Below, one piece after another: positions 42,522-43,696 of a DNA stretch of 43,696 nucleotides. A program made the position numbers and the translations under genes. Origin of the DNA: a virus; the IMG/VR virus record IMGVR_UViG_3300045988_044483; one strand, written 5' to 3'. The number at the start of each line of letters is the position of its first letter. The first letter of the stretch is position 1. Below the pieces are notes generated by a model. The model was not told the DNA's origin. It saw nothing but the letters and a program-made list of their open reading frames with translations, and did not search any database.

Positions 42522-42752
42522 TCATCTATTCCCGATGCAGAAGAACGTATCTTCGTCCCAGCATCCCTCATTATGGTCATATCTGTAATATCCAATGTCT
42601 CCATCTTCATTCACAAACGGCGCTGTGTAAGAATAATAGCAAGGACATCCTTTGGGATAATATGTCATTACCATCTCGTTTCCAAGCATCGGGCACTCTA
42701 TCTCCCCCCACTCTTCAACGTCATCGTTCCATTTTAACCATTCAATCGGCAT
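42522..42752 (-). CDS. Hypothetical protein (76 aa)
   Basis: ORF on the coding strand between dcm and the 204-aa gene. Confidence 0.5.
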   Translation of the reverse strand: MPIEWLKWNDDVEEWGEIECPMLGNEMVMTYYPKGCPCYYSYTAPFVNEDGDIGYYRYDHNEGCWDEDTFFCIGNR

Positions 42753-42821
42753 TGTCCGCCTCCATCAAATCTCATCTTTGTTAATTAACAATAGGTACCA
42801 CTTTATGCATATATGTTGCAC

Positions 42822-43696
42822 TCAATCTTTAACGCCCCTTTTTAGTTTCTTTGCTATATCAAAAATAACATTTACAGTGACTCCATTTCCTGCCTGCTTA
42901 TATAACTGACTATCTGAATTAACAAACGCTGCTTTTTCAAAATAATCATCTGCCCACCCCTGAAGTCTAAAACATTCTTTTGGCGTTAACTTTCGGATTG
43001 CTATGTAACACTTAAGCTTTTCATACCAGACCGCGTATACAATCAGTTCATCTGATACCTGCACGAAAATCCCTTGATTGCAGCTTGTATCAAGCGTGTT
43101 TGCTGTTGCTTCCTTGACCTCAATCGCAATTCCATTCCGGTCCTGTCCTGTCAACGTGAACATCGGCTCTCCATCATCTTTAAATCGTCTTCCATTCTGA
43201 CGTTTTTCTGCTCTGTCGGGTGTTAATACCGGAATTGCAATTCCGCTGTCCTGCCCTGCATGATTCGCCATGCCTTTGTAGTATCTTGCTTTCAAGCATC
43301 GTGCCTGCTCTGTCATCTGTGAGCCTTCGTAGCACAAATCAATGAAACACGGCAATGTAACATGATGACCTCTTTCACTGCCTTGTCCAGTATCAAGTGC
43401 TTCTGTTGCTCCTTCTGGTGCAAAGACCTGCGCATTTCTTCTGTATCCGTCTTTATGACCGACTATTTGAACACTATTTTCCCCGTCTGTTCCTTCGACA
43501 GGAAATACTTTTGCGGTACTTCGTCCTCTAAGATGTCCGATAATAAAACACCTTTCTCTGTTTTGCGGCACTCCAAAATCTTTAGAGTTGAGAACTTGCC
43601 ACTCTGCATCGTACCCCTTCCTGTCCATTTCAACGAGCAGCCTGGCGAAATCCCATCCTCCATTAACACTAAGCAAATTCTTAACGTTCTCAATGA
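42822..43696 (-). CDS. dcm: DNA (cytosine-5)-methyltransferase, C-terminal part (continuation of 1-470)
   Basis: IENVKNLLSVNGGWDF, GVPQNRERCFIIG (motif VIII) and KQAGNGVTVNVI (motif X). The frame is open to the window end. Confidence 0.9.
   Translation of the reverse strand, partial: IENVKNLLSVNGGWDFARLLVEMDRKGYDAEWQVLNSKDFGVPQNRERCFIIGHLRGRSTAKVFPVEGTDGENSVQIVGHKDGYRRNAQVFAPEGATEALDTGQGSERGHHVTLPCFIDLCYEGSQMTEQARCLKARYYKGMANHAGQDSGIAIPVLTPDRAEKRQNGRRFKDDGEPMFTLTGQDRNGIAIEVKEATANTLDTSCNQGIFVQVSDELIVYAVWYEKLKCYIAIRKLTPKECFRLQGWADDYFEKAAFVNSDSQLYKQAGNGVTVNVIFDIAKKLKRGVKD
43642..43696. repeat. Terminal direct repeat, copy 2 (identical to 1-55)
   Basis: Exact 55-nt identity with the window start. 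Confidence 0.95.

Larger units (their letters stand above)
1..43696. mobile_element. Complete temperate siphovirus-type phage genome on a circularly closed contig; unique length about 43,641 bp
   Basis: Contains full lysogeny, replication, packaging, head, tail and lysis modules. The first 55 nt equal the last 55 nt. Confidence 0.85.

Noticed and set aside
1-43696. Genome-wide stop-codon reassignment (TAG or TGA recoding), prompted by the in-frame TAG at 13639-13641.
   Set aside because: All large genes (tape measure, portal, terL, MuF, integrase) are uninterrupted in the standard code and use ordinary stops. I could not fold any tRNA with a CUA, UUA or UCA anticodon.

Overview
The window is a complete temperate siphovirus-like phage genome assembled as a circle. 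Bases 1-55 are identical to 43642-43696, so the unique length is about 43,641 bp, and a cytosine-5 DNA methyltransferase gene runs across the artificial ends. The host is probably a Firmicutes/Clostridia bacterium. That is inferred from an AbrB-type regulator, a GH25 lysin, a Cys-rich KTR protein and a Prp-like NLQFF motif.

Nearly all genes are on the minus strand.
- Back-to-back promoters at 6.6 kb separate two units. The plus-strand lysogeny unit holds a CI-like repressor, two zinc-ribbon membrane proteins and a large serine recombinase. The minus-strand unit starts with an early/replication module: Gp157, a Rad52-like annealase, an HNH-like protein, a PD-(D/E)XK resolvase and a replisome organizer.
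- The minus-strand unit wraps through the methyltransferase gene into an accessory block containing LemA and membrane partners.
- Next come a ParB-domain DNA methyltransferase broken by a G9 tract, an AbrB-like regulator and the packaging and head genes (small and large terminase, portal, MuF, scaffold, capsid).
- The tail module, a tail fiber and the lysis genes (holin, GH25 endolysin) finish the unit.

Observations worth a second look:
1. An AT-rich four-gene cassette next to the integrase with its own promoter and terminator. None of its three non-HTH products is recognisable.
2. A roughly 4 kb insertion between MuF and the scaffold gene. It carries a sigma-r4-like regulator, Gln/Gly/Cys-rich proteins, a TNF/C1q-like protein, a KTR zinc ribbon, one tRNA (anticodon UAU) and tRNA-like minihelices.
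3. A phage-borne LemA plus two-TM partner operon.
4. A holin-like gene plus DUF4417 inside the head-tail joining genes, with a truncated second DUF4417 copy beside the endolysin.
5. Two interrupted genes: the G9 frameshift and an in-frame TAG.
6. A 602-aa protein with 22-aa tandem repeats placed after the portal gene.

All family assignments come from reading motifs by eye. No database search was possible.
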